Assembly: GCA_951804945.1 (NCBI GenBank)
Contig: OX638155.1
Location: 48,546,001-48,610,000, forward strand
Source of the DNA: Podarcis cretensis
Lineage: Eukaryota
Reading direction: 5' to 3'
DNA: 64,000 nt
This document shows positions 25,538-38,571 of this stretch, piece by piece; position 1 is the first letter of the stretch, and each line of letters opens with the position of its first letter. The position numbers and the translations under genes are program-made. The notes beneath the pieces are model-generated. The model did no database searches and was not told where the DNA came from. It saw nothing but the letters and a program-made list of their open reading frames with translations.

Positions 25538-25955
25538 CATAAGAACACAAGAAAAGCCAGCTGGTTCGGGACAATGGCCCATATAGTCAGCATCCTGTAA
25601 TCAACCAGATACCTGCAAGCACCAGAGCACTCCCCGCTGTTGGGGGTTCCAGCAACTTGTACTCAGATGCATTACTACCTCCAACTGTGGATGCAGGTAA
25701 AGGTAAAGGACCCTGGACAGTTCAGTCCAGACAAAGGCAACTATGGGGTGTGGCGCTCATCTCCACTTTCAGGCTGAGGGAGCCGGCATTTGTCCACAGA
25801 CAGCTTTCCGGATAATGTGGCCAGCACGACTAAACCGCTTCTGGTGCAACGGAATACCGTGATGAAAGCCAGAGCACAGTTACCATAGCTAACAGACTTT
25901 GAGAGCCCTCTCCTCCATGATTTTGTCCAATCCCTTTTTAAAGCCATCTAGGTTT
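25538..25955 (-). mobile_element. CR1 3' UTR fragment carrying a truncated Sauria SINE (~25696-25878, minus)
   Basis: cataagaacacaagaa tail and ctccatgattttgtccaatcccttttaaagccatc; the SINE tail aggtaaaggtaaagg lies inside it. Confidence 0.7.
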
Positions 25956-28575
25956 CCCCCTCAGGGGGTGCTCTTCATTTTAGATTATTTATCTTTTAAC
26001 CAGATGTGAACCAGGCAGCCTTTCAGACCGAGCACTGGCGAGGAATCCAATACTTAGAAGCTTAATACAGCCCTTTATGCCTCTCTATTTCCTCTATTGA
26101 CTCCCCCAGGCCACACCTCTTGCCAACCCCCCTGCTCCATGCCCTCCTCCAGTGCTTTTCCCTGACTGGAATGTATCTTTACTAATACCTCTTAGTCATC
26201 TGGGTGGAGGATGAAGAGAGATGTGTGCATGTGTAGGCACATCTGACTTTTACGTAGCTGAAATGCACCCTAAACCATCCCATTCCACCACTGGTAGGTG
26301 GCCCATGAAGAAATTCACACAGGCTGAAAGATGTTCCTCACCTGCTCCTGAGATGGAAGATGCCTTCAGAGAGCAGACTGTCCTCCAACAGCCTTTCAAG
26401 CAGAGGACCGTGCAGCCTGTGAAGTAGAATATATGGCCACCTGAACTCAAGCAATAACCTGGAAGAGGGACTATGGACCAGGTTCTGAAGGGTAAGAAGC
26501 TACCAGAACCAAAGAAGTATTTCTGGCAAAGTCAAAGCTTTTACCGTCATAACTTAAGGCAAACATGAGGTTACTCTGTTAATGCTAGGAAGAAAATGGA
26601 AACGTATGATGCTTTTCTTCATCAAACTCCAGTGTGACAACTAGGTGTAGATGGATATGCATCACTTCTTTTTCTGCAAAGGAGCTGGCACATCAGAGAA
26701 ATAGTAAATAGAAGTATTAGTAGTGGAGGAAGGGAGGAAGGGAGCGAGATAAAAAAAGTATATAGTAACAGAGAACAGTAATGGAACAAACAAATGTTAT
26801 TCAGTAACCATATCTAGCAAATTATGTTGAGAAAACGCTGTAATGACATGGTTGAACAGGACTAATAAGGTGGCACTTGAAGGTACAGGTTGCTGTTCTT
26901 CCTGCCCCTTTATTTCCTCTATTTCATGCCTTTAGTTTATAATTTCTGTTCATGTTTTCCACCATGCTTGTTTTTACAGACTGTGACATAAAAGTGACTA
27001 CCTACCCATAACATCTATTCCTTGCAGACTTTGATAATTGGGACAATTGCGTAATTGGCCCATTTCCTCTCTCCACCAGGGAGTTCAAGTTTAAAGGGCT
27101 GTGTGCATATTAAGAAGAGGAGGGGGGAAAGAGGTGCAGTAGCTCTATGGACCCTGTTCCTCTCATGGTGAATTCCAGGCTTGAGAGAAAGCATGCCCTT
27201 GCTTATATGCGCCCCTTGCCAAATCCTAGAATGTGTTTGCCCCTTCCTTCCTTTATTTGAAGTTATAACCATCCAAATGTCTCAGCCTCGTCCGTCCAAA
27301 TTTGACAGAGCAAAAACTCAAAATGAAATTCCAGTCTTTTGTTATGGAGATACGGACAAGGTGGTTTCTAATTGTAAAACTGCTTCATGTTACGCTGGAT
27401 GATGCTTTTAGACAAATTGCGCCAAGAACTGACCATGTATCTTTACAACTCGTCTTTACACAAGGTTGCCCAAAGGAATTTTTTTCCCAGGTAAGCAAAT
27501 ATAATTAAAAGCGACCTTATCTGAGAAAATATAAATTGATACCTTTTCTCTCTCATGAACTGACACTTTGAATGCTTCCATTGGAGAGCAGTAAAACAGA
27601 GCCTTGCTGTGTTTGCACAAAATAACTGCAGCTTTGCGCTGGAAAATATGCAGCCCAAACTGGTGCTTGTAGCATGCAGCATGATCAATTTGCTTATGGA
27701 TAATCAGGAAATTTGATCACCCCGGTGAACAACTAGAAATAAAACTCATCCAACTGGTCCCGCAGGGGGATGAGAAAAACACTGAAAGACTTTGGCAGGA
27801 CTTGATGAGCTACAGAAGAATCCCAATAGAGCCTAATCATGCAGCACTGGTGGAAAGTGTTGATGGGAAAGAAAGGTTACCCTACCATCCCTACTGTAAG
27901 CAAAGAAATTAAAATGCACTTGTGGTTTAGAGAAAACACTAGCTGGATACTGATGGGAACCCGGCCCGGCTAGAAAGGTGAACTCTGAGGCTCCCCGATT
28001 TCTTGATATTTTTTATTTTTCAGATTCCTTCTGACAAAGGGACCCGAGAATGGAGCTGGTGGGGTGGGTAGAGCAAAAGAACCATGCCATAGGATGCTGT
28101 TGATCGGCCCCCTGGGCAGGGCTTTCCGTGTTTGCAACAGTAAAAACAACACGCTTTCTTTGAGAGTACACTGATAAACGTTCCTCCTGGCAGGTGCAGG
28201 GGACAGAGGTCTACAAGGGGCCCAGGCCTATGTTTCTCACCGGAGACAGAGACTGAGAAATGAGAAACGGAAAAGAAAAATAATTCTCACAGCATTATTT
28301 TTTTAAAGCGTTGAAGGCTTTTGAACTGCTCAGAAGTGTTATAATGAGTATAATAAGTAGTCCTTGCAGAAAAAAGATTAATTAGTAGGGTGCAAGGGAA
28401 TCGGATAAAGGTGCACAATAAATGTAATTGAAGGCACACTTAATCCCATGTGTATGGCAAGAGCGTAGGTTGATACATGCATATTCAAATTAGTCAAGTA
28501 TCATATATAGCTAGATAGATGTGTGTGCACATGCCTGAGTATGTGGAAACAAATATATATGGTGAGAGATTCCTT

Positions 28576-28957
28576 AGAATCATAGTATTGTAGAGTTGGA
28601 ATGGACCCTGAGCAGTGGCGTAGCGTGGGTTGTCAGCACCCGGGGCAAGGCAAGTAATTTGCGCCCCCTAACCCGTGGATTTGGGCCCCCTAACCCATGG
28701 ATTTGCCCTAACCCCAGATGTTGCGCCCGGTGCGGCCGGGCCCCCCTGCACCCCCCACGCTATGCCACTGACCCTGAGGGTCATCTAGTCCAACCCCCTG
28801 CAAGGCAGGAATCTCAACTAAAGCATCCCTGACAGATGCCCATCCAACCTCTGCTTAAAAACCTCCAAGGAAGGAGAGCCCACCACCTTCTGAGGGAGTC
28901 CAGTTCACTGTCAAACTCTTCTTACTGTCAGAAAGTACTTCCTAATGTTTAGTCGGG
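28576..28957 (-). mobile_element. CR1 3' end, interrupted by a hAT MITE
   Basis: tagaatcatag tail; homologous to the reverse complement of 43300-43518. Confidence 0.85.
28613..28770. mobile_element. hAT MITE
   Basis: TIRs cagtggcgtagcgtggg and perfect 8-bp TSD accctgag. Confidence 0.92.
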
Positions 28958-29181
28958 AGGTGGAGATTTTTTATTTATTTTTTGGTTAAAAGAAAGTACT
29001 ACTTCACAGAATTAAACAATGAAATTCACTGCCACAAGATGTGGTGATGGACATCGATGTAGACAGCACTAAAATGGGATTGGGCAAATTCATGGAGCAG
29101 AAGACCACCAGTTATCATGGCTGGCCTTACAGGATCAGAAACAGTACAGCTCTGAATAAGGAGCCACTGAGGAACATCATT

Positions 29182-30217
29182 AAAGGTAAAGGGGTAAAGG
29201 GACCCCTGACCATTAGGTCCAGTCGTGACCGACGCTGAGGTTGCGGCGCTCATCTCACTTTACTGGCTGAGAGAGCTGGCGTACAGCTTCTGGTTCATGT
29301 GGCCAGCATGACTAAGCCACTTCTGGCGAACCAGAGCAGGGCATGGAAACACCGTTTATCTTCCCGCCGAAGAGGTACCTATCGTATTTTTCGTCCTATA
29401 GGGCGTACCGGCCCATAGGACGCACCTCGGGGTTTTTTTTTGGGGGGGGGGAAATGAATAAAAAAATTTATTCCCCCCCCCAGCCGCGGCTGCCGCCCCA
29501 AGCCTTGCGCACACCTGCCCGAAGCACGGGGCACCCTCTGGAGGGCTCCACATGCTTCAGGCGGCAAGCTGCCGCCCCAAGCCTTGCGCGCCCGGCGGGA
29601 CCCCAAGCCGGGCGCGCAAGACCTGCGGACACTCGCCCGAAGCACGGGGAGCCGTCTGGAGGCTGCCGCCCTAAGCCTCGCGCACCCGGTGGGACTTCCC
29701 GCCGGGCGCGCAAGGCTTGCAGACTCTCGCCCGAAGCACGGGGAGCCCTCCGGAGGGCTCCGCGTGCTTCGGGCGGCAGGCTGCCGCCCCAAGCCTCGCG
29801 CGCTCGACGGGACCTCCCACCGGGCGCGCAAGGCTTACGGACACTTGCCGGGGCTACAGGCTGCTGCCCGCAAACCTTTTGAGCCCGCGGGAACTCCCGC
29901 CGGGCTTGCAAGGCTTGCGGATAGCTTCCTGAAGCCTGGAGAGCGAGAGGGGTCGGTGTGCACCGATGCCTCTCGCTCTCCAGGCTTCAGTGAAAGCCTG
30001 CATTCGCCCCATAGGACGCACACACATTTCCCCTTCATTTTTGGAGGGGAAAAAGTGCGTACTATGGGGCGAAAAATACGGTATTTATCTACTTGTACTT
30101 TATGCTTTCGAACTGCTAGGTGGGCAGGAGCAGGGACCGAGCAATGGGAGCTCACACCGTCGCACGGATTCAAACAGCCAACCTTCTGATCGGGAAGCAC
30201 TAGGCCACCCGTGTCCC
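29182..30217 (-). mobile_element. Sauria SINE split by a Tc1/mariner MITE
   Basis: TSD tgaggaacatcat/tgaggaacagcat. The SINE motif ggtaccTAtttatc is interrupted at the TA. Confidence 0.92.
29382..30081. mobile_element. Non-autonomous Tc1/mariner (Tc2/pogo-like) element with an internal GC-rich hairpin array
   Basis: TIRs tcgtatttttcgtcctatag / ctatggggcgaaaaatacgg and TA duplication (29380-29381, 30082-30083). Confidence 0.9.
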
Positions 30218-33200
30218 TGAGGAACAGCATCGGGAGAAGGCAATTGCACCCATGTCCTGGACTGAGCTTTCAAAAGGGATCTGGTTGCTCACTGTAGGAA
30301 CTAGGATGATGGTTTAGATAGGACTTTGGTCTGATCCATCAGGCCTCTGTTTATGTTCTTACCTATGAGATTTGCCTCATAAATGCAGTGGCAACATCTC
30401 AATTACCCAGCAGCAAACCCGAATTTGCCGCACATTGTACATGCAACAGGGAGCTGCAGACAATCCTGGTCTCCGAAAAGTGCGCCTGTCTGTTTTCAAA
30501 CACTTGTTTGCTGCTTTTACCCTCGATACTTTTAGGTGTTGTCTAAAAAAAATTGTGAGGTGCATACCGTGGAAAGGTCCCAAGACAGCAGGTCCCAAGA
30601 CCTGTTTTAAAGCCTCCCTTTTCATCACCCCTTTTTAGTGACCTGAATGGCTAGCGCAAAGGATGCAGGGATAGGCTACCATTTTTGCTGAAGGGCGAAT
30701 AACTCACCCGTAGCAATGTGTACATACCAAACCTCTCTACTCAGCAGGAGAGTAGTTTTGGTTTGGCATTAGACTGCTGAAGGAGGACAATTATTTATAA
30801 TATGCAGGGTAGAAAATTAGGCCATTGTACTTCTGCACAGGGGAAAGATTCATAAAAAGTCATACCGAATTATTCTTATATAACTGACAATGACATCGTT
30901 GTAAGGCGGAAACGCAACTTTATTTGTCTTACTTAAGATGATATATGGAGCACTTGTCTGTTTATTCCGCTGCAAACAGCTTCTGCCAGATACAGCAGCA
31001 ATTCCCTTGGGATGATCCACTGATAGTTATATGTTACTTGAGCAAAATCTCTCAAGTGAGTTCCTACTTACAGGTATCCATTATTTTAAATTCAAGGGAT
31101 TTTGTTGTTGTTGTTGTTGGCGGCTGGATCTTTTTGGTTTTTTTTAAAAAAGGAAAAGAATAATGTTACACGTATTATTGCTTTTTAAAATATAAATTGT
31201 GTCATAACACTGCAGTGTTTCAAATACCTATTCTTATGCTTCCGAAGCGAAGGATGAGCTGCTAAAGGGGGGAAATGTGTCAATAAATTGGCGTAATAAT
31301 CCAATCTGCCTCAGATGTGGGATGCGGCTCAGACCTTAGCAAATAGCAGGCTACATAATTAAGCCACTGTACCTTTAGTGCTGTGGAAGCTTATGGGCAG
31401 CTCAGAGGCACAGGAGTGACAATCAGGAGCTAAGCAGAGGAAATGAACAGGCAATATTGCCCACCCACACTTCATTCTTTGTCTCCCTTGCCATTACTTC
31501 ACCCTCTCGAAGGGATTAGGAGAACATGTCTTCTATTCTTTTCACAGTAACATTTGTATAATTCAGAGCTGCATTCTGAGCTTGGGAGGGGAACCCTCTC
31601 CCCCCTAGTCATCAGTATTAGTCAAGGAGCAAAAAATAATCTCACTTTGCCCCCCCTTCACTGCCGCCCCCGCTTTTCTCATTTGCAAATACGTATTCTG
31701 AAGTTATAAACTGCAGTTACCACGCTGCTAAGAGATGGGGAAAGTGCAGAACACTCAAGGGGGGAAACCGCGTGTAAAAAATCCGAAACCACCCAGGTGT
31801 TTTCTCCGCCACAAAACAATCTGTACTACTTGAGGGAGGGAAGAGAGAATTAAATACAGAACAATGCAGACAATAGACACCCACCCCTGACACTGAAATG
31901 AGGCTGCCCTCTACCTTTGTCACACCAAGAGCTAGTCATAGCCATTCACTGAAGCCCCAAGCCAAAATCTTGCCTATCTAGTCCTTGGAGCATAATAAGG
32001 ACAGGTATTTTGTATATATATATATAGAAAAGACAACCTACAACTAAATTGCAGGGATGCTTGTCAACCTGCTCAATAGTTCCTGTTGATTATGGTCCAA
32101 ATCAGGCCTGGGGAAGGAATCATCAAAAATAAAACTGTTTGGGGTATATGATTAGAGGCAACTCTATATCATCTACTCAGTGTCAAGATTCCTTATCTGG
32201 TAAACTGGAACATTATGACATTAGCTACCTGCCTTTAGTTAGTTATGATGTGATCCAATTAATGACTGGCATTTTTTTTTTAAAGTGCATTGAGATCTTT
32301 GAATAAAAGATGCTGTGGATATGCAAAGCATTATTATTATTCAGAGTTAACAACCAAATTTCAACCACTCGCACTTATCCATCTGAGCAGCATGCTCTCG
32401 GGGGAAGAAAACACATATCTTGTCAGCAGACAGTTGTCTTAAAGTGGGTTATAAAACCACCTTCTTGATCACCATCTGGAGTCACATTCACAACCAAGGG
32501 ATACCAGATGTGTATGCATGGAGTGATACAACCCACTTTCTCTATCCATTAGACATAAAAGAGTTACAGCATTGGGTCCAAGTGAGTCCAGTCACTTCCC
32601 TCGTACACCGTGAAGAATCTCCCGAGGATCAGCAAAATGACCCAAGAGAGCCTCATAAAATTAAGAATGGCAGAAATGTCAAAAGAAGCAATAATCGTTA
32701 GTCACAGGCTTATCTGTCATGCAGGGTTGCAAATTGGGAGCAACATCTTCCTAGCACCTGCAAGAACCAGCCTACTCCAGGGGAAAAGAGCCACAGTGCA
32801 ATCCTAGGCATGCTGCTGAAATCCTATTGAATTCAGTCCAGCTTACTTCCAGGTATTCACATTCTCAGTCACATTTGTTGTTCCTATCTTTAAACCAAAT
32901 GGTGAATGAAGCAAATGTAAGAGAGAGAGCAAGAATAACTGAATTGCAGACCTCAATAAAATCAGTTCAGCCAACACTACAATGTAATATATGCAGCACT
33001 ATTAAAAGGGCTTTTTCTTTTGATCAAATCCATTTATCATGATTTCCCTGGACGAGCTCCAAAGGAGATCTTCCATCAATGGGAACAGTCCTCCTGTCTG
33101 AGGAAGGAGCTTGAATCCAGGTCAAGCTTCTGATAATGGAAGAATGTGGGAGGCGATTTTTGTCAATTCTCCCTTTGGCCTTCCATGCTAACCGCCCCCC

Positions 33201-33650
33201 CCCCCCTTTTCTGGGAAGCTTCTGAACCTTCTAGAGCATATTTTAAGGGGAGTACAGGGGGAAGCAGAAACCTAGCTGAGAGCAACTCTGAGTCAGACTC
33301 CCAGTGAGTCCGACTGACTGAGTCTTGTGGAGAAATCCAAATCAAGAGAAAAAAACTGGAGGGGGATGCATGGAGTTCATTCTAACTCCATAATTTCCCC
33401 ATAAATCCTTGTGTGTGGGATGCTACTATAGCTGTACCATGGATCTGGAGGTTCCACAGCAACTTGGTGTTGTCATCCCCAAATAAGGGTTTGCCCCTAT
33501 TTGGGCATTATATCATTGTTAATCCTCTCTCTCCACACACTTTGGTATTTTTGATTCATATGTAGCATGCAATTTTAAATGATCAGTGCACACATTTTAA
33601 TGTGGTATGCTTGTGCAATTTTCTGGTTTTGTGCAAATCTGAGGGATCAA

Positions 33651-34012
33651 CAAAACACCCACCCACCCCACTCACACATGTAAACAAAGACCAGCACAGC
33701 CAACCACAAAGGAACAACCACACCTTAGGCCAACCCCAACCTCTCTCATCACCAAAGGAACACAAGTGAACAGCAAAGAACCTGCACAAGCAACACTGAC
33801 ACCAAACCCTACATATAGCAAGTAAAATAGAAACATTGCCACCTGACCCCAATCCCCCCACCCCCCACCTCTTTCGTCCTTTTCTTCCCAATGTCTCAAC
33901 AAATGAAACTGATTTGGAAAAATGTTACATGGAAAAAAAGAATATATGAGAGAGACACATTGCACACACTTTTGTAAATCAAGAAAATCTTTTTTAAAAA
34001 AACCCTATACTT
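33651..34012 (+). mobile_element. TSD-flanked non-LTR retroposon insert (probably a LINE 3' UTR)
   Basis: Perfect 16-bp direct repeat aaatctgagggatcaa (33635-33650 and 34013-34028). A/C-rich body with an A-rich end. Confidence 0.7.
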
Positions 34013-34339
34013 AAATCTGAGGGATCAAAAGAAAAAAGACTATACAGTACAGTAAATAAAGACCAGGAATAGTTATGAGCATGGCTGAAAAAAAGATGAA
34101 AGCACTGACGTAGCAGTGGGCATGGAAAGGGAGTGGCAGAAAGTGCCAACTGACTGACCCACCAAACAACACAGAATCAAATTCTACCCTGAGTGGAGAG
34201 GTTTTGAACTCAGTTCCCCCCAGTTTATCAGATTATCCTCCTATTGGGTAGACATGACTTTATAGGATGAAACCATTGAGAGTGGCGCTGCTGCTTTGCT
34301 TGAGGGTAAAGTTGTAGGGAAAGGGAAGGGGGAGTGATC

Positions 34340-34535
34340 CATTCCATAAAACTGAATGGTAGGCGGTTCAAGAGAGACAAAAGGAAATTTGCCATGAACA
34401 TGGTTAAGCTATGGAATTTGATACGACAAGATGTATTGCTGACTGCCCACTTGGACAGCTTTTAGAAGGGATTACAGAGAATAAAGCTATCAACATATAC
34501 TGGGCATGCTGGCTATATATACCTCCAGCATCCTG
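34340..34535 (+). mobile_element. Old CR1 3' fragment
   Basis: aaactgaatggtaggcggttcaagagagacaaaagg...atggaatttgatacgacaagatgt (KL..RF..DKR...LWNLL region). Confidence 0.65.
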
Positions 34536-36568
34536 AAGTCCTGGCCTACCTGGCAGCAAGTCAGTATGTCAAGTTCCCAGTCCAGGGTCAAACCACATGT
34601 CCAAAGCACAGTCCTGTAGAGGTCCAGGAGCATCCAAGCGGAAGTCCACCAACACAAGCAGCTGAACAGACACAGCAGCTCAGCTCTGCTTCCCTTCTGT
34701 GCTTTACAGGCTGATTGCAGCATCTGGGCTTGACGAAGCATATGACCCTCACCTGTTCCAAGCCTACTCCAGCTGAGGAATCATAGGCATCCTCTCAGAG
34801 CTAGCGAGCCCCACCTGGCCTTTGCCTGCCTCAGACTTCTAGAGTGCTCCTCCCTCTGCTCCTAACACATCAGAGCCTGTATTTGTGGAGACAAAGGCTC
34901 CTCTGGCTCTGGTCCTGCTGCTCTGGTTCTTGTGCACTGGCAGATAGGGGCCATAGGAAACAATGGACTGGGGCAGCAGTGAAGAAGCCTCCAAGTTTGT
35001 GGGTCCAAGTGCCTGGATACCAGAATAGCAGCAACCTGGATGCAAATGTACAGCTGGCCCTCATGAGGAAATGTACACAAAGGGCCTGGGCTGAAAGTTC
35101 TGCTCCAAAGCCTGCCTTTTCCTCTCCTTCTGTGTACATTTCCTCATTATTTTTCTCTGCAGCTGTGATTTCTCATGGCTAGTCGCTGACAGTATATAAA
35201 ATGCATGAAGTCCCTACAACAAACACTGCATTGAAACAATTTTTAAAGTTGGGGCGAAAAATAACAGGAAATTCACACTTAGGCCCTTGAGGATGAAACA
35301 TGACATATGTCCACCAACACTTAGGCACACTGGGGGGCATTATAAAAAGTAAATAAAGGTCACACCATGGTGCCTAGCTGTTCGAAGACATGGCTTTTGC
35401 CATTAAGTTGTCATTTCCTTACTTTCTTACGCCTTAGCTTCAGTGTTTGTTTTTTTAAAAGTTTCTGACATTGGTTGGATAAATTTACCTCCTCGTGTTT
35501 TATAAAGCAATCCATGAAGTGTCCGTGTTTACAGAGTAAAAATTTACATGCTGCTTGACATTTTATAGACCATGTGAAATGAAACTGTGACTTGCTGACT
35601 GGGAAGTGATCTAAAATGAGGCTGCAAACAATATTAGGAAACATTCCCTTAATTATACATGGGAGATTATAACTAGACTTGCCTTTTAGGCATACTGACA
35701 ACTCATACTGATGAAGCTGTGTCGTATTCTGTAGCTGTTGTGCTGGAACCAGAAGCTATCATAGTACCTGTTCATTGTATCATTGTCTGGGGCAAATCTG
35801 AGTGCATAGTGAAAGAAATGGCAAAGAGGGCAGAACTGGGTGTCTGTTTCCTGCCTGGCTCCTCGCAGAGTTACAATTCTCAGAGTGGTTTAATAGTCAA
35901 TCTCTCTTCCTGGGGAAGTCTGGAAACAAGCCCTGTGAGGCAAACAGAGGTTTCTTAAAAACTCTCAACACCTTGAACAAACTGCAGTTCCCAGGATCCT
36001 TTGGGGGAAGCCATGACTGTTTGAAATGGTATGATACTGCTTTAAACGATTAGTGAAAATGGGCCCTCACTTAAAATCTTTTCAAGCAGGATAACTATGC
36101 AAAGGATTGTAGCTGAAGGTGTGAGGGGCAATTTTCTCTAGCTGCCCAGCCCAACTTATCCTACTGTTATTAGGAGTCTCTGTGGCAATTTCCTGCCAGT
36201 ATGCATCAGTTATCAGGATGGATAGCATTGTATTACATTTTTTGTATTTATTTTTTATTCATAAGAGTATATACCAACTCTCACAAAACACCAGGGCAGT
36301 GTACAACAATATAAAAACCTTTAAAAGCAATTCAGCCTTTCATAATACTTCATCACCTTACATTTGTTCAAATAATTAAGATTGAACAAATCTGGAAGTG
36401 GATTTAATAATTAAACAACAACAACAACCCTAGGTCGTGTCTTGAAGTGACTGGTAGTCAAAACGACATGTTTTATTATATGTTCCTACTTGGTGACCAG
36501 ATGAAAGGTGGCAGGAAATCTTGGTATGGTGATACCTAGGCTAGACCAGCTTCAAATCCAAAGGGACA

Positions 36569-36582
36569 CCACTAGGTGGCAT
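36569..36582 (+). promoter_or_regulatory. Candidate CTCF site
   Basis: ccactaggtggcat matches the CTCF core CCASYAGRKGGC in non-repeat DNA. Confidence 0.4.
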
Positions 36583-38162
36583 TTGTATTTGTATATATGC
36601 TGTTACTACCTCCTTATCTTCTATGAACAGAGGGAGGATGGAACAATTGAGGGGCCCGGCTTGTTTGAAAACAACAGCAGATGAGCAGGGAAACCCTGTA
36701 ATTGTGCTGGGCATCTTGGGAGTAGATAAGTTGGCTATCAACAGCTGAACATACTTGATAACAAAACAGCTGACAATTTATCTGGACTTTGAGGGCTGCT
36801 AGGCTACTTCTAACTATCCCTAGTTTGTAGACTACTTGCATTTTTCTGGAGCGGCTTGGAATTATGGGCTGCTCCTTACCTGGGTGGCTCCTTGTACTAA
36901 TAAATCATTGCTTTTCCACTGTAAACTACAAGCAGAATTGCAACTTTTCGCCCTCTTGGGGATATTGCCCTTTCCCTGTATGTTCATCCTGCTGTGTTCT
37001 GTCTACACCACAATACTTTTTGTTGGTGGGAAGGTTCATCTCACCTCACTGTTGTACTCCTTTTGGTGTTCAAATGAGACCACCCTCCAGTCTCGACTGT
37101 ATACCCAACCTGGGCAGTGACTAGGCAAAGCAGCAAGGCAGATGGAAATAAGGCCAAACAGGAGTTGTAGCAAATGGTAGGTGGTACGCAAGAAACTGGA
37201 ACAAGAAATAACAAGAGGAGCAGGAACTCAAAAAAACTGTCCCGTCCCCCCCATAGCAAAGTATTTGAAGTAACAGTATCATGTGCTAACAGTACTCTCG
37301 ATATTAACAACTCATTTCTAACTCTTGGCACTTTTATGGTGAATCTTGTGAATTTAGAGTTTCTTAAACCTTCAAACCACATGACTTGCTATAAATCACA
37401 AGCATCTTCGTTCTCAGTAGAGACAGGCTTGGAAACGTGACTGCCATCTATTTGAGAGGTTGACAAAAGACAAAAATAACAATGGGACACATTTTATTTT
37501 GCAAGAAAAGCCCTTGATTTCAAAGCTACCCCCCTTTTCTTTTGTATTTTCAGGGAGACATCTATGGTTTGATGAAATATATTTTCTTCACCGGGACCTT
37601 ATTGTTCAGATTTAAGACAATTGTGCCAAAGGAAAGCACTTTTCTCCTGTGGACTTCAAAGGGAAAAGCCCCCTTCATACGTTACTCATGTGACGGGGTC
37701 ATCATGTAATTACTCAGCTGTAGGGCTATGCTCCTGGCCCTCATCAGGAATGCCACTGAGTACATTGCCTGGTCTTGTCTGTTGACGTCAACAAGTTAGC
37801 ATGACCATCTGCAGGGGAAAAGCCTACACATGAGCTGCTCCTTGTGTATAGACTTTCATGCAATCAGGTCTCCCGTCCAGTTCATGGATGTCTATAGGCA
37901 GGTCCAAGCAACACACTCAATACTGGGGCCAGAAATGCAGCTCTGCTTTATAATTATATGGTGCCACATTTGTGCAAGGACTGTGCAAATGGGATTACAG
38001 TATACCATATTGAAATATAGGGGATACATTTATAATGGTTGCACTTTTTAAAAAAAAAATAGCTGCAGTTATCGCCTGACAACCCAAATTGACGTAAGTT
38101 GTAAGTTAAGGCTGTTTAAAATCTACATGAAGCCACTTAGGGGGAAATCATAAGAAGATCTG

Positions 38163-38522
38163 AAGTGTGGTGGTGTCAATACAGTATGTGGATGACGTCT
38201 ATCTTTACCTCTCCATTTCATCAGAATCTAGAGAGGCTGTTGACGTGCTGGACTATTGTCTAGAATCAGTGATGGGCTGGACGAAGGCCAATAAAATGAG
38301 GTGAATACTGATAAAACAGAGGTTCACACTGTGACACCTTTAGGGTGCAAGAATATTTCTACCTACCTTACTGCTGGGGGGCTTTTAGGTATGTGTTTAT
38401 TGGGATTTCAACTGGGATTTTTTTTTTGGTCATTATTGTATTTTGTATTGTTATAATTAAATATTTGTTAACCACCCTGAGCTGCCTTTGGGAGAAAGGA
38501 TGAGGCAGAAATCCACTGAAAC
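38163..38522 (+). mobile_element. Internally deleted L2 fragment (RT motif plus 3' tail)
   Basis: cagtatgtggatgac (QY[A/V]DD) followed by C-LESVMGW-KANK-like coding, then an AT-rich L2-type tail. Confidence 0.65.
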
Positions 38523-38524
38523 GA

Positions 38525-38570
<46 letters not shown>
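38523..38570. repeat. (GAAA)n microsatellite
   Basis: About 12 tandem units. Confidence 0.98.

Positions 38571-38571
<1 letters not shown>

Larger units (their letters stand above)
29025..30365 (+). mobile_element. Old CR1 3' end split by a Sauria SINE
   Basis: aattcactgccacaagatgtggtgatgg... continues after the SINE and ends ...tctgatccatcagg...ttatgttctt. Confidence 0.7.

Noticed and set aside
29343-30230. Overlapping 130-200 aa Arg/Ala/Pro-rich ORFs on both strands, and a superficially CRISPR-like repeat array
   Set aside because: Artefact of a GC-rich palindromic MITE interior. There are no unique spacers or cas genes, and the context is vertebrate.
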